A stretch of DNA of 64,000 nucleotides from Bacteroidaceae bacterium (GCA_017536695.1 JAFXGX010000041.1:52006-116005); one strand, 5' to 3'. Positions 1 through 10,856 are shown, numbered from the stretch's first letter. The notes: generated by a model from the sequence alone, not told the origin. A program made the numbers and translations.

Positions 1-397
1 TGCGCTCGCTGCTCGGGTCAACGGCAAGCACTGCCAGTTTACCGCCACAACGCTCAAGCACATGCATTCCGAAAGCATCTATCGAGGTGCTCTTGCCGGC
101 ACCGGGCACGCCTGTAATACCTATACGCACCGAGTTACCGGAAAAGGGAAGACAACGTTCTATTACCTCCTGCGCAATAGCCTGATGCTCGGGCAAAACA
201 CTCTCGACAAGAGTCACTGCCCTGCTAAGCACCGTGACGTCGCCACGCAGAATGCCCTCAACATAGTCATTGACTGACAATGATGCAACACGCTTGCGGC
301 GCATTCTGGAGAGATAAGGATTTACAGAACCGACAGGCTCTACCCCTTCATTCACTTTCAGCCCCTTGTAGAGCTTGTCATTTTCGGGATGTTCCAT
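1..397 (-). CDS. meaB: MeaB/ArgK-type G3E GTPase (methylmalonyl-CoA mutase-associated); N-terminal part only, the rest lies beyond the window edge
   Basis: Absent from the ORF track because it runs off the edge. My minus-strand translation from the ATG at 395-397 gives MEHPENDKLY...RIGITGVPGAGKSTSIDAFG...LAVLAVDPSS. That is the P-loop and following motif typical of MeaB/ArgK. Confidence 0.8.
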   Translation of the reverse strand, partial: MEHPENDKLYKGLKVNEGVEPVGSVNPYLSRMRRKRVASLSVNDYVEGILRGDVTVLSRAVTLVESVLPEHQAIAQEVIERCLPFSGNSVRIGITGVPGAGKSTSIDAFGMHVLERCGGKLAVLAVDPSSER

Positions 398-417
398 ATG
401 CAGTAATAAGAATGCAA

Positions 418-425
418 CGAAATTA
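418..425 (-). promoter_or_regulatory. -7 box variant TAatTTCG (minus strand) for meaB
   Basis: Plus strand reads cgaaatta, 21 nt upstream of the ATG at 397. Confidence 0.35.
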
Positions 426-450
426 GCAATTTACCTTATCAAAAACAACA

Positions 451-474
451 GGACCGCCAAAAAAATGGCGGCCC
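451..474 (-). terminator. Hairpin downstream of the DUF3332 gene
   Basis: ggaccgcca (451-459) pairs with tggcggccc (466-474), 8 of 9 positions, around an A6 loop. It lies 29 nt after the stop at 503. Confidence 0.45.
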
Positions 475-502
475 TGCATATTCCGAATCAAACAATCCCT
501 GC

Positions 503-1039
503 TTATTTCATTGCAAAGCTGTTGTTCATGAGCATGTAAGCCATGTTGATGCCCTGAGCGTCAAGGTTGACATCAACAACATCCTCGCCAACGAAAATCT
601 GTGCAGTGTTGTCACCGTTAAGCTTTACGAGGTTTGTCAGCTGGTTATTGTACTCAGCGCTCCACATCTTCTGCTCCTTATCGAACACGAAGTTCATGGC
701 TGTCTCGCCATTGGATACTGTATAACCGTTCTCAGTCGCTACAATCTGAACATCCTCGCCTGCGCTGTTCTTTACAATCTTTGTATCGCCCGGCTCTGCA
801 ACAAGGTTGTCACCGGTCCAGAATTCTATTGAGTTAAGAACCACAGCGTCGATGAAAACAGAAATCTCATATACAGGAACTATATGAAGAGCAATGAACA
901 CCAATTCGTTAACAAACTTGTTGCCGATACCATTGTTCCAATCCAACACCTTGTTTGTCAGGCCGAAAGAACCGATACATGAAGAGAGGAAGATTGTTGC
1001 AGAAAGCAACAACGCTGTAAGTTTGAAATTCTTTTTCAT
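503..1039 (-). CDS. DUF3332-type lipoprotein
   Basis: Internal start MKKNFKLTALLLSATIFLSSC (signal peptide plus lipobox Cys) within ORF 503..1216. VLDWNNGIGNKFVNELVF and VLNSIEFWTG resemble the DUF3332 family. A -7 box lies at 1106-1113. Confidence 0.7.
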   Translation of the reverse strand: MKKNFKLTALLLSATIFLSSCIGSFGLTNKVLDWNNGIGNKFVNELVFIALHIVPVYEISVFIDAVVLNSIEFWTGDNLVAEPGDTKIVKNSAGEDVQIVATENGYTVSNGETAMNFVFDKEQKMWSAEYNNQLTNLVKLNGDNTAQIFVGEDVVDVNLDAQGINMAYMLMNNSFAMK

Positions 1040-1105
1040 AATAATTGATTTTAGGTTAATAAATACCATTTGTATGCGGCAAATCGTTTGCTCTACATAC
1101 AGACG

Positions 1106-1113
1106 CAAATTTA
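1106..1113 (-). promoter_or_regulatory. -7 box TAaaTTTG (minus strand) for the DUF3332 gene
   Basis: Plus strand reads caaattta, 67 nt upstream of the ATG at 1039. It matches the Bacteroides TAnnTTTG consensus. Confidence 0.45.
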
Positions 1114-1284
1114 TCATTTTTTCATTAAAAACAAGACATTTTTCTCTTTTTTTCGCAAAAACAGTAATTTTATTAGACAGGATTATCTGTAGAAAGGGAA
1201 AGAGCGTGTCCGGCAATGCCAGACACGCTCTTCATGAAATCATATAACAGGAAGGATAAAACCTCCAATACTCCTTATTATATA

Positions 1285-2748
1285 TTAGAGAACACCATTC
1301 ACTACAAGAGACTTGACGAGAGAGTAGAATTTCTCTACTGTAGGAATCTCTACACGCTCTGTAGGAGAGTGAGGCGACATCAATGTAGGACCGAATGACA
1401 CCATATCCATACCGGGATAGTTGGTAGAGATGATACCGCACTCAAGACCTGCATGTATTACGCGCACATCAGGCTCCTTGCCGAACATATCATTGTATGC
1501 ACCCTTGAGCGCTGCCAACAGAGGAGAGTTTACGTTCGGCTGCCATCCGCTGTAACCGCCGCTGAGCTCAACCTTCATGCCGGCCATAGCAAAGCAACTC
1601 GACAACTGCAGAGCAAGGAACTCCTTCATTGTGTCGCAAGAGCTACGGGCAAGAATGTTTATCTCGGCCTTACCCTCTGCTATGCGCACGATAGAGAGGT
1701 TGCTTGAAGTCTCGACTGTATCGGGGATTGTTGGGATGAAACGCAAAACACCGTCATGGCATGCAAGGATTGCATCAAGAAGATTGTCCTGAATCTCCTC
1801 GGGTACGACAGTCTCAGGCATCTCACACTCTGTAACTGCAAGAGTGATGCCCTCCTCTATTGTAGCATACTCGCTGTTGTAGAGAGCCTCATACTTGGCA
1901 GCAATGGCCTTGAGTTCTTCAACGCCTTCGGCAGGGAGTGTGAGCACCACCTCGCAACTTGCAGGAATAGCATTGCGCATGTTGCCACCGTTCCAGCTTG
2001 CAAGGACCACACCGCACTCATCCATAGCCTCGCGCATGAAACGCGCCATCAGCTTGTTCGCATTACCGCGACCGGCATTGATTTCAAGACCCGAGTGACC
2101 GCCACGCAGACCCTTGAGCATAACTTTCACTGCAACATCCTCATCATCACTGCCCTCTTCCATGAACTCCATGGTTGCCGTGATGTCAAGACCACCAGCA
2201 CAACCGATGTAAAGCACACCCTCCTCCTCTGAGTCAAGGTTCAGCAGGATGTTACCCTCAAGTTCGCCGCCTTTGAGGCCAAAAGCACCATACATGCCCG
2301 TCTCCTCATCAGCAGTAATAAGAGCCTCAAGAGGACCATGCTGCAGAGAGTTGTCCTCCATGATTGCCATGATTGCAGCTACACCCAGACCATTGTCTGC
2401 ACCCAGCGTTGTATCATCGGCATAAAGCCAATCGCCTTTCACTACAGTAGTGATAGGGTCATTCACAAAATCGTGCTTGCTCTCAGGAGTCTTCTGGGGC
2501 ACCATGTCCATATGCGCCTGAAGGATAATGCCCTTGCGGCCCTCAAGACCCGGAGTAGCCGGCTTACGCATAATGATGTTACCTGCCTCATCCTGCCATG
2601 TATCTACATTGATGCTCTTGCCGAAATCGAGCAAGAACTTCTGTACTTTCTCAAGATGTCCCGATGGACGTGGAACCTGTGTCAAAGCCTCAAAGTGTTT
2701 CCACACTTCGCGAGGCTGAAGATCTTTAATTGTCAAAGCCATAATCAA
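1285..2748 (-). CDS. pepD: Aminoacyl-histidine (Xaa-His) dipeptidase, peptidase M20C
   Basis: 487-aa ORF. LQPREVWKHFEALTQVPRPSGH, ILQAHMDMVPQK and GADNGLGVA are PepD hallmarks. Confidence 0.9.
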   Translation of the reverse strand: MIMALTIKDLQPREVWKHFEALTQVPRPSGHLEKVQKFLLDFGKSINVDTWQDEAGNIIMRKPATPGLEGRKGIILQAHMDMVPQKTPESKHDFVNDPITTVVKGDWLYADDTTLGADNGLGVAAIMAIMEDNSLQHGPLEALITADEETGMYGAFGLKGGELEGNILLNLDSEEEGVLYIGCAGGLDITATMEFMEEGSDDEDVAVKVMLKGLRGGHSGLEINAGRGNANKLMARFMREAMDECGVVLASWNGGNMRNAIPASCEVVLTLPAEGVEELKAIAAKYEALYNSEYATIEEGITLAVTECEMPETVVPEEIQDNLLDAILACHDGVLRFIPTIPDTVETSSNLSIVRIAEGKAEINILARSSCDTMKEFLALQLSSCFAMAGMKVELSGGYSGWQPNVNSPLLAALKGAYNDMFGKEPDVRVIHAGLECGIISTNYPGMDMVSFGPTLMSPHSPTERVEIPTVEKFYSLVKSLVVNGVL

Positions 2749-3752
2749 ATTCTTTTTTTATTATCAATTGTTTTCTTTAAATATTGTCGTACATGCAACA
2801 TTATCAATGCATAGACACCAAGCACAGCGACAAGCAGCGTCTGCGTGCTATGGACTATCAACGCAAAAACCGATGCGTTGGTTGTGCTGACGCCATAAAG
2901 CACCATTATGCTTATGACAGCGAAATGCCAGGGACCTGCACCGTTCGGAGTCGGCACCACCACCGCGATACTTCCTGCGACAAAAAGCATAAGCCCCGCA
3001 AATAGCGAAAGGGTGCTGCTGAACGGGAAACAGAAGAAACAGAGATAGAACTGCATGAAATAGCAGAACCATATGCCCACCGTCTCGAGCACAAAGAGCC
3101 ATACATGCCTGGTCTTCTTAAGGAAAGTGAGTCCTTCGGAAAAGTTAAGTATAAACACCTTTATCCTTTTCCATAGAGCCATCTTGCGCAACAGGAAGTA
3201 CAGCAGCATTGCTATCGCCACCGCACAGAGCAGCACGACAGCCCAACCGCCGGCAGATGCGAAGAACGAGTTACCCCCGGCACCGAAGCCGGCATCAGAG
3301 AGGAAACGTGTAAAGACAGGCCATTGCAGACAGACAGCAATGACTGTCAGCATCGTAACCATCAATGTATCAATGGCGCGCTCGGCAACCACCGTTCCCA
3401 ACGACTGCGCGAAGGGGACCTTCTCATATTGCTCAAGAACCACGCAGCGCGAAACCTCGCCTACACGAGGTATGACAAGATTAGCGGCATAGGCTATGAA
3501 AATCGAATACACGCTCACTCTTGATGAGGGATTATAGCCCAATGGTTCAAAGGCCAGTCTCCAACGCCAGCCTCTTAAGACATGGCTCATTATACCGAAG
3601 AATGTTGACAATGCAAACCAGTACAAGTCCATCTCCCTCAACGGCTCCCAAAGCTGAGAAAAGTTGAAATCGGAATAAATCATATAAAGAATCAGCGCTC
3701 CCAATACCATTGGCAGAAGAATCTTTACACTCTTATTAAAAATCTTTTTCAC
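2745..3752 (-). CDS. Flippase-like / lysyl-phosphatidylglycerol-synthase TM-region family (UPF0104) membrane protein
   Basis: 335-aa multi-pass membrane ORF. The RGWRWRLAFEPLG motif is typical of the family. Its stop overlaps the pepD start by 4 nt. Confidence 0.65.
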   Translation of the reverse strand: MKKIFNKSVKILLPMVLGALILYMIYSDFNFSQLWEPLREMDLYWFALSTFFGIMSHVLRGWRWRLAFEPLGYNPSSRVSVYSIFIAYAANLVIPRVGEVSRCVVLEQYEKVPFAQSLGTVVAERAIDTLMVTMLTVIAVCLQWPVFTRFLSDAGFGAGGNSFFASAGGWAVVLLCAVAIAMLLYFLLRKMALWKRIKVFILNFSEGLTFLKKTRHVWLFVLETVGIWFCYFMQFYLCFFCFPFSSTLSLFAGLMLFVAGSIAVVVPTPNGAGPWHFAVISIMVLYGVSTTNASVFALIVHSTQTLLVAVLGVYALIMLHVRQYLKKTIDNKKRI

Positions 3753-3782
3753 AACTTTAGGACTATTTTTAATTGTTTTATT

Positions 3783-3790
3783 TACCTTTG
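3783..3790 (+). promoter_or_regulatory. -7 box TAccTTTG for rsmA-mgtE
   Basis: tacctttg lies on the plus strand, 174 nt upstream of the rsmA ATG. Confidence 0.3.
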
Positions 3791-3846
3791 CAACACTACA
3801 ATGGGAGCGAGGGACTGTTCTCCATAGTAATTTTCGCGATTTATTG

Positions 3847-3854
3847 CAAAGATA
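3847..3854 (-). promoter_or_regulatory. -7 box TAtcTTTG (minus strand) for the flippase-like/pepD operon
   Basis: Plus strand reads caaagata, about 95 nt upstream of the ATG at 3752. Confidence 0.4.
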
Positions 3855-3963
3855 ACAATATATTGGACATCAGCCCCATTTTTAAAATTATTTATTTAAG
3901 AAACCATGTCTATTTTAAGATTAATTAAATAGAAACAGTTTCCAAATATCAGGCATATCGGAT

Positions 3964-4767
3964 ATGAAAGCAGTTACAGCAAAGAAAAGATTGGGGCAGC
4001 ACTTTCTTATTGACCTGTCAATAGCAAAGGATATAGCAGACACCGTTGACACATGTCCAGGCATGCCAATTCTTGAGGTAGGACCTGGCATGGGAGTCCT
4101 GACCCGGTTCCTCATCGAGAAGAAACGCCCGCTCAAGGTTGTCGAGATTGATGAGGAGTCGGTAAGCTACCTATGCAAGAACCTTCCACAGCTGCAGGAG
4201 GAGAACATCATTCCCGACGATTTCCTTAAAATGCGTCTCGACCGTCTGTTTGACGGCGGGCAGTTCATGCTCATCGGTAACTACCCCTACAACATATCAA
4301 GCCAGATATTCTTCAAGATGCTCGACTACAAGGAGTATATCCCCTACTGTAGCGGAATGATACAGAAAGAGGTCGGCGAACGCCTTGCGGCAAAGCCCGG
4401 CACAAAGGCATATGGTATATTGAGCATCCTCATCCAGTTGTGGTACGATGTAGAGTACCTGTTTACCGTTGATGAAAACGTATTCTCGCCACCGCCGAAG
4501 GTCAAGAGCGCAGTCGTGCTCATGAAGCGCAACGCACGAACATCACTAGAGTGCGATGAGGCACTGTTCAAGAAGATTGTAAAAGGGACATTCAACCAAC
4601 GCCGCAAGAAACTGAGAAACTCGATACAGCAGATTGTCGGGAAAGACTCTCCGCTCCTTGGCGACCCGATACTCGAGATGCGCCCCGAGCAGCTCTCTCT
4701 TGAGGAGTTTATTGAATTGACAAGAAAGGTCGAACTCGCATTAGCGAAACAGAACGGTTCAAAATGA
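3964..4767 (+). CDS. rsmA: 16S rRNA (adenine1518/1519-N6)-dimethyltransferase
   Basis: KKRLGQHFL start and SAM-binding motif ILEVGPGMGVLT; GNYPYNISSQ; 267 aa. Confidence 0.92.
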   Translation: MKAVTAKKRLGQHFLIDLSIAKDIADTVDTCPGMPILEVGPGMGVLTRFLIEKKRPLKVVEIDEESVSYLCKNLPQLQEENIIPDDFLKMRLDRLFDGGQFMLIGNYPYNISSQIFFKMLDYKEYIPYCSGMIQKEVGERLAAKPGTKAYGILSILIQLWYDVEYLFTVDENVFSPPPKVKSAVVLMKRNARTSLECDEALFKKIVKGTFNQRRKKLRNSIQQIVGKDSPLLGDPILEMRPEQLSLEEFIELTRKVELALAKQNGSK

Positions 4768-6116
4768 CAAAGGAATTCATAACCTACATAAAAGAGCTCA
4801 TCGAGCAGAAGGATTCGGTGCTGTTGCAGGAGAAAATCTCCAAAATGCACCCGGCCGACATTGCAGAGCTCTGCCTTGAACTAGACATAGAGGAGGCACG
4901 CTTCCTATACCGCCAGCTCGACAACGAGAAAGCTGCCGATGCCCTCACCGAGATGGACGAGGACATACGTAACGAGTTGCTTGAGGAGCTCCCCTCCGAG
5001 GCTATCGCCAAGCGCTTCGTCAACTACATGGACACCGATGATGCCGTTGAAATCATCCGTGACATGGATGAAGAGAAACAGGAAGAGGTCCTGCAGCACA
5101 TCAAAGATATTGAACAGGCAGGAGATATCGTCGATCTTCTTCAGTATGACGAGGACACCGCCGGCGGTCTCATGAGTACCGAGATGGTCGTGGTGAACGA
5201 GAACTGGAGTATGCCCGAGTGTCTAAAGGAGATGCGTCAGCAGGCCGAGGACCTTGATGATATATACTACGTATATGTTGTTGACGACAACGAGAGGCTA
5301 TGCGGTCTTTTCCCGCTCACAAAGATGATTACAAGCCCCTCGGTTTCCAAGGTAAAGCATGTGATGAACACCAAGATAGTGAGCGTAGATGTAGACACGC
5401 CCATTGATGAAGTCACAATGCTCATCGAGAAGTACAACCTTGTCGCCATCCCTGTCGTGGACAAAATCAACCGCCTTGTCGGCCAGATTACCGTCGATGA
5501 CATCATGGATGAGGTGCGCGAACAGACAGAGCATGACCAGCAGTTGACAGCCGGTCTTACCCAAGATGTCGAGACAAGCGACAACGTATTCGTACAGACC
5601 AAGGCTCGTCTCCCATGGCTCATCATCGGAATGCTCGGAGGTATAGGCTCATCCATTCTGCTCGACTGTTTCACAAGCACCCTCGGTTCGCACCCCGAAA
5701 TGGCACTGTTCATCCCCCTGTTGGCAGGTATGGGCGGTAACGTAGGCACACAATCATCAGCAATTGCCGTGCAGGGTCTGGCAAACAACTCGCTTAACTC
5801 GCAGCACATATTCAGGCACATAATGAAAGAGATGGTAGTTGCCATAATCAACGCCACTATTCTGTCACTCATGGTCTACGTATACAACTTTGTCATTTAC
5901 GGAGCGCTCGACATCGTGACCTTGGCTGTTCCGTTGAGTCTGTTTGTGGTCGTGCTTTTCGCATCATCGTTCGGCACCATGATACCAATGGTACTTGAGC
6001 GGATAGAGATCAACCCGGCAGTGGCCACAGGACCGTTCATACAGATTATCAACGACATCAGCGGAATGACATTCTACATGATTATCTCAATGGCACTGAG
6101 CCAGATAATGGCATAG
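4764..6116 (+). CDS. mgtE: Magnesium transporter MgtE
   Basis: N-terminal acidic MgtE_N region, a CBS pair, and a C-terminal TM domain with GMGGNVGTQSSA. 4-nt ATGA overlap with rsmA. Confidence 0.92.
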   Translation: MTKEFITYIKELIEQKDSVLLQEKISKMHPADIAELCLELDIEEARFLYRQLDNEKAADALTEMDEDIRNELLEELPSEAIAKRFVNYMDTDDAVEIIRDMDEEKQEEVLQHIKDIEQAGDIVDLLQYDEDTAGGLMSTEMVVVNENWSMPECLKEMRQQAEDLDDIYYVYVVDDNERLCGLFPLTKMITSPSVSKVKHVMNTKIVSVDVDTPIDEVTMLIEKYNLVAIPVVDKINRLVGQITVDDIMDEVREQTEHDQQLTAGLTQDVETSDNVFVQTKARLPWLIIGMLGGIGSSILLDCFTSTLGSHPEMALFIPLLAGMGGNVGTQSSAIAVQGLANNSLNSQHIFRHIMKEMVVAIINATILSLMVYVYNFVIYGALDIVTLAVPLSLFVVVLFASSFGTMIPMVLERIEINPAVATGPFIQIINDISGMTFYMIISMALSQIMA

Positions 6117-6135
6117 AGCCCAAACCACATTAACT

Positions 6136-7332
6136 ATGAAAAAGGCACTTTTAGCAACACTATTACTCCTATCAAGCCTATCATACGCCCAGACCGACAA
6201 GTTCACCGAGTGGCTAAAGGCCCCTGAAGGAGAACTTTGCAAACAGAAATTCGCAAAGAAAAAACTTGACAAGAGAGACGCCAAGGAGGCATCTTTCATA
6301 ATTGACTCACTTTGGCTTCAGGAGAGTGCGAAGGAACTCCGCAAGCAATGGGACAAGCTCACGATATCCAATGACTCGTTAACGTTGCCCTGCGCATGCC
6401 GCACATTCGGAATGTATCCGCAAGACGGCCGCAGCCTCTACATATCACTGCATGGTGGCGGTGAATGTCCTAAAGAGGTAAACGATGAGCAATGGATGAA
6501 CCAGATTTATCTGTACCAGGTGCCCGAAGGTATCTATGTTGCACCACGTGCGCCATGGAACACTTGGAATCTGTGGCACCGCAAGGGACTTGATGAACTG
6601 TTCGAGCAGCTGATAAGAGCATGTGTGGTATTTGAAGGCGTAAACCCCAACAAAGTATACCTCATGGGCTACTCTGCAGGCGGTGACGGCGTGTGGCGCA
6701 TGGCTCCACGTATGGCCGACAAGTGGGCTGCAGCAGCCATGATGGCAGGACACCCGGGCAACTCTTCGCAGGAAAACCTTCTTAACCTTCCTTTTACAAT
6801 ATGGATGGGAGAGAACGATGCCGCATACGACAGAAACCGACTGGCTAAAGAAAAGGGCGAACTGCTTGACTCGCTTGCAGCAGCCAACCCAGGCAAATAC
6901 ATACATAGCACAAACATCATCGAAGGCAAAGGCCATTGGATGGACAACGCCGATGCAGATGCTATCGGCTGGATGTCGCAATACCGCAGAAATCCATACC
7001 CCAAGAGAATCGTATGGAGGCAGGAAGAGGTGTTGCGCGAACATTTCTATTGGCTTTCCGCACCGGCCAACGAACTTGAGCATGGCAAAAGAGTCGAGGC
7101 GAATATCGAAGGAAACACCATAAACATAAGCCGTTGCGACTACTCAAAGTTGACAATATACCTTAATGACAGCATGGTCGACCTTGACAAGAAAGTAAAG
7201 ATCTATTACAAAGGCAAGAAAATCAAGACATACAAGCCCAAACGTACAATTGCAAACCTTTACAGGACGCTTTGGCTACGCGGCGACCGCAGCTATGCTT
7301 TCCCATGCATTGTCGAGGTAACGCTGGACTGA
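6136..7332 (+). CDS. Secreted alpha/beta-hydrolase-fold serine esterase/peptidase; family not resolved
   Basis: Signal peptide MKKALLATLLLLSSLSYAQ and nucleophile elbow GYSAGG (GxSxG). No finer family recognised. Confidence 0.55.
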   Translation: MKKALLATLLLLSSLSYAQTDKFTEWLKAPEGELCKQKFAKKKLDKRDAKEASFIIDSLWLQESAKELRKQWDKLTISNDSLTLPCACRTFGMYPQDGRSLYISLHGGGECPKEVNDEQWMNQIYLYQVPEGIYVAPRAPWNTWNLWHRKGLDELFEQLIRACVVFEGVNPNKVYLMGYSAGGDGVWRMAPRMADKWAAAAMMAGHPGNSSQENLLNLPFTIWMGENDAAYDRNRLAKEKGELLDSLAAANPGKYIHSTNIIEGKGHWMDNADADAIGWMSQYRRNPYPKRIVWRQEEVLREHFYWLSAPANELEHGKRVEANIEGNTINISRCDYSKLTIYLNDSMVDLDKKVKIYYKGKKIKTYKPKRTIANLYRTLWLRGDRSYAFPCIVEVTLD

Positions 7333-7472
7333 CCTATTGAGGCATAAAAATCCCAAATCATTGTCATTTGTTTCCTTTTTTTCATTTTTATTAAGTTTCT
7401 GTGTCGGTTTTTACCCAGAAATCCCTATATTAGCACGATAAATAAAACAGAAATGTATCAACAGCCATAGCC

Positions 7473-10400
7473 ATGAAAACCAAAAAGCTGATAATTAATG
7501 CAATATGTTTTATTGCATGCCTTCTATGCTCTACCACGTCGTTGGCTCAGTCCGGTACAGGAGCAAAGGGAGTCATAACCGATGAGTTCGGTGACCCGTT
7601 GCCAGCAGCCAGTGTAGCCGTAATGAACAACAACAAGATTGCAAGAGGTACCAGTACCAACATCCATGGAGAGTTTAACATTGATATTGACCTCGCGGGA
7701 GGAGATGAGGAACTCGTTTTCAGTTATATCGGAACAAAGACCGTAAAGAAGAAGATTACCAAGGAACTTATAAGCAAGCCCATCGAGGTGGTGCTCAAGA
7801 CCGATGATGCCATGCTTGCCGAGGTCACCATTGTCGAGGATGGTTACAACCGTCTGCCCCGCAAGGATATGGTCGGCGCATTCACGACGGTAAAAGCCGA
7901 TGATATCATGATGCCCGCATATCAGACCATCGACCAGATGTTGCAGGGAAAGGTTGCCGGAATGTCGGTCGTGAACACATCGGCTCGCGTGGGAGCATCG
8001 CCCAAAATCACTATCCGAGGAACATCCACCATTCTGGGCAACAGCGACCCTTTGTGGGTTGTTGACGGTGTAATCCAGGAAGACCCGCTCTCGATTGATA
8101 TGAGTTCTGCAATTACATCCGATATGCGCGAACTCATCGGTAACCAGATATCATGGCTCAATCCCCAGGACATCGACAACATTACCGTACTCAAGGATGC
8201 ATCAGCGACAGCCATATACGGTTCAAAGGCATCTAACGGTGTCATTGTAATTACCACAAAGAAAGGAACACCGGGACGCATCAGCGTAAACTACAACACC
8301 AATGTATCGGTACGCGAACGCCCGACATATGACATGTACGATTTCATGAACTCATATGAGCGCATCCAGTTCAGCAAGGAGGCATATGAAGCCGGCGTAC
8401 GTTATCAGAGCGAGCCGTTGCCACAGATATACACCTACGAAGGCCTTATGGCGATGTTCAACAAGCGCATGATTTCCGAGGAGCAGTTCGCCAGCTATCT
8501 GCAACGCCTCGAAACCGTAAACACCGACTGGTTCGACCTGTTGACACGCAATTCTGTAAGCCAGAGCCACAATCTGAGCGTATCCGGAGGTACCGACAAG
8601 TATACCTACAACGCATCGCTTGGCTACCAGAACAACAAGGGTTATGAAATAGGTAACGACAACGACCAGATAACTGCGCGTCTGAGCATAAACAGCAACA
8701 TCAACGACAGACTGAGCATTAACGCACAGTTGAACGGAAGCGTACGCAATGCCGACGGCTATGGTGCAGGAGTGAACCCGTATACATATGCCATGAACAC
8801 GAGCCGCGCTATTCCCGCCTACGAGGAGAACGGAGACCGCGCATTCTATTCAAAGTACTACACATACCAGTACAACACACTGCTCGGAGGCAAGAACCAG
8901 TACTCATACAACATCTTCAATGAGATGGAGAACAGCTTCTCGACCAACCGCGGAACCAACTTCAACGCATCGGTGAACGTATCGTACAAGATACTCAGCT
9001 GGCTGACATATCAGGGAACAGCAAGCATGGCTGTCACAAACAACAAGAGTGAGAGCTACGCAGGAGAGAAGACATCACGCGTCGAGCAGCTCTACCGAGG
9101 CTATGCCTACGGCACAGAGAAAGCCGGTTCAGACAGGTTCAATGCCGCGCTCATGCCGTATGGAGGCGTGCTGAACCAGGCTAACTCACAGGGTGTGTCA
9201 TACAACACATCACACCGTCTGCAGTTCAGCAAGGAGTTTACCGTTGACCACAGGCTCAACGCCATGCTCGGTATGGAAATCCGCTCAAGCGAAAGTGTGA
9301 GCGAGGGCAACACCGTCTGGGGTTTTGTTCCCGAGCGCGGTTCAATTCTTGTATCCCCCACCCTCCCCGAGAACTTCAAGCCTATCGGCAGTGATGTAAG
9401 TATAGGTTGGGGTGCCCTTGCACAGCTCTATAACGGAGCATGGAACAAGATGTCGACAACAACCAACTACATGTCATTCTTCGCGACATTGGCATACGCG
9501 TTCAAGAACCGCTATGTAATAAACGTAAACGTCCGTTCAGATGCATCGAACCGTTTCGGTCAGGACGTCAACAAGCAGTTCGACCCCACATGGTCATTCG
9601 GTGCCTCATGGAAGATTGCCCAGGAGCCAATAATCATGGAGGCGATACCATGGCTCGACCAGTTGAACCTGCGTGCATCATACGGTATTCAGGGAAATGT
9701 CGTGAACTCGCTCAGCCCCGAGATGATTGTACGTTATCAGGGACTGCTGCAGAGCTACAACGAGTACTACCTCTCGATATCAAGCCTGCCCAACAAACAG
9801 CTCAAATGGGAGCGTACAAAATCGCTCAACCTCGGAGCCGACGTTGCATTGTTCGGCGTTACCATGAACTTCGAGTATTACCACCGCAAGTCAAATGCAA
9901 TCATAAGACAGGATATCGCACAGGAATACGGTATGTCGACCATGCCTTTGAACGGCGGTATGATAAGCAACAGCGGTCTTGAGGCGACTGTAAACTTCAC
10001 TCCGATACGCAACAACAACATCGCATGGACAATCGGACTCAATGCGGGCAAGAACTGGAACAGGTCAAGAAGCGATGACCGCACGGCGAAAGCTGATGAG
10101 CTGACACACACCGACTACCTCAACGGCAGCAGCGACCGCCCACTGAAGAAAGGCTACCCACTGTCGGCATTCTGGTCATATCAGTTCACAGGACTTGACG
10201 GCAAGAACGGCTACCCGACATTCAAGCATGCCACATACGACGAGGTTGATGGTGACGGCAGTGTAGACCCGACAACATTCCTTGTATATTCCGGACAGAG
10301 CGAACCCGACTTCTCGGGAGGATTCAACACTCGTCTGCGTTGGAAGAACTTCAACATAGGTCTTGACTTTGCCGTTGCACTTGGCGCAAAGAAGCGTCTG

Positions 10401-10832
10401 CCCAACCCCTACTCTACATTCACATACGGCAAGATGCCCGACATATTCAGTAACCTATCCAAGGAGCTGAACAACCGCTGGCAGCAGCCGGGCGACGAGA
10501 AACATACAAATATCCCGTCGCTCTACACATCGGTACGCGACCTCTACAACCTGAACCTGCCCAATGGCTTGTATGACAATATCTATTCCATGTGGGCCCA
10601 GTCGGACGTAAGAGTTGCCAGCGCATCATTCCTGCGTTGTACCCAGCTGTCATTGTCATACAGTGTTCCACGCACAATATGCCAGAAGATAGGCCTTGCA
10701 CGAATACAGTTCAGTGCAAACATTAACAACCTGTTTGTAATAGCAAGCGATGACTGGAAGGGTTACGATCCCGAGCTCGGATACAGCATCCAGCCAAGAA
10801 TCTATTCATTAGGATTGAGTATAGGACTTTAA
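7473..10832 (+). CDS. SusC/RagA-family TonB-dependent outer-membrane transporter
   Basis: 1119 aa. Carboxypeptidase-regulatory-like N-domain (GVITDEFGDPLPAASV), plug motifs (ITIRGTSTILGNSDPLWVVDG, NITVLKDASATAIYGSKASNGVIVITTKKG), a long barrel, and a SusD gene immediately downstream. Confidence 0.93.
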   Translation: MKTKKLIINAICFIACLLCSTTSLAQSGTGAKGVITDEFGDPLPAASVAVMNNNKIARGTSTNIHGEFNIDIDLAGGDEELVFSYIGTKTVKKKITKELISKPIEVVLKTDDAMLAEVTIVEDGYNRLPRKDMVGAFTTVKADDIMMPAYQTIDQMLQGKVAGMSVVNTSARVGASPKITIRGTSTILGNSDPLWVVDGVIQEDPLSIDMSSAITSDMRELIGNQISWLNPQDIDNITVLKDASATAIYGSKASNGVIVITTKKGTPGRISVNYNTNVSVRERPTYDMYDFMNSYERIQFSKEAYEAGVRYQSEPLPQIYTYEGLMAMFNKRMISEEQFASYLQRLETVNTDWFDLLTRNSVSQSHNLSVSGGTDKYTYNASLGYQNNKGYEIGNDNDQITARLSINSNINDRLSINAQLNGSVRNADGYGAGVNPYTYAMNTSRAIPAYEENGDRAFYSKYYTYQYNTLLGGKNQYSYNIFNEMENSFSTNRGTNFNASVNVSYKILSWLTYQGTASMAVTNNKSESYAGEKTSRVEQLYRGYAYGTEKAGSDRFNAALMPYGGVLNQANSQGVSYNTSHRLQFSKEFTVDHRLNAMLGMEIRSSESVSEGNTVWGFVPERGSILVSPTLPENFKPIGSDVSIGWGALAQLYNGAWNKMSTTTNYMSFFATLAYAFKNRYVINVNVRSDASNRFGQDVNKQFDPTWSFGASWKIAQEPIIMEAIPWLDQLNLRASYGIQGNVVNSLSPEMIVRYQGLLQSYNEYYLSISSLPNKQLKWERTKSLNLGADVALFGVTMNFEYYHRKSNAIIRQDIAQEYGMSTMPLNGGMISNSGLEATVNFTPIRNNNIAWTIGLNAGKNWNRSRSDDRTAKADELTHTDYLNGSSDRPLKKGYPLSAFWSYQFTGLDGKNGYPTFKHATYDEVDGDGSVDPTTFLVYSGQSEPDFSGGFNTRLRWKNFNIGLDFAVALGAKKRLPNPYSTFTYGKMPDIFSNLSKELNNRWQQPGDEKHTNIPSLYTSVRDLYNLNLPNGLYDNIYSMWAQSDVRVASASFLRCTQLSLSYSVPRTICQKIGLARIQFSANINNLFVIASDDWKGYDPELGYSIQPRIYSLGLSIGL

Positions 10833-10856
10833 AGAACTTTTCTAAAAAAAGCGACC

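Noticed and set aside
62-277. Plus-strand 71-aa ORF at the window start
   Set aside because: It lies entirely antisense to the meaB coding sequence, which has clear P-loop motifs.
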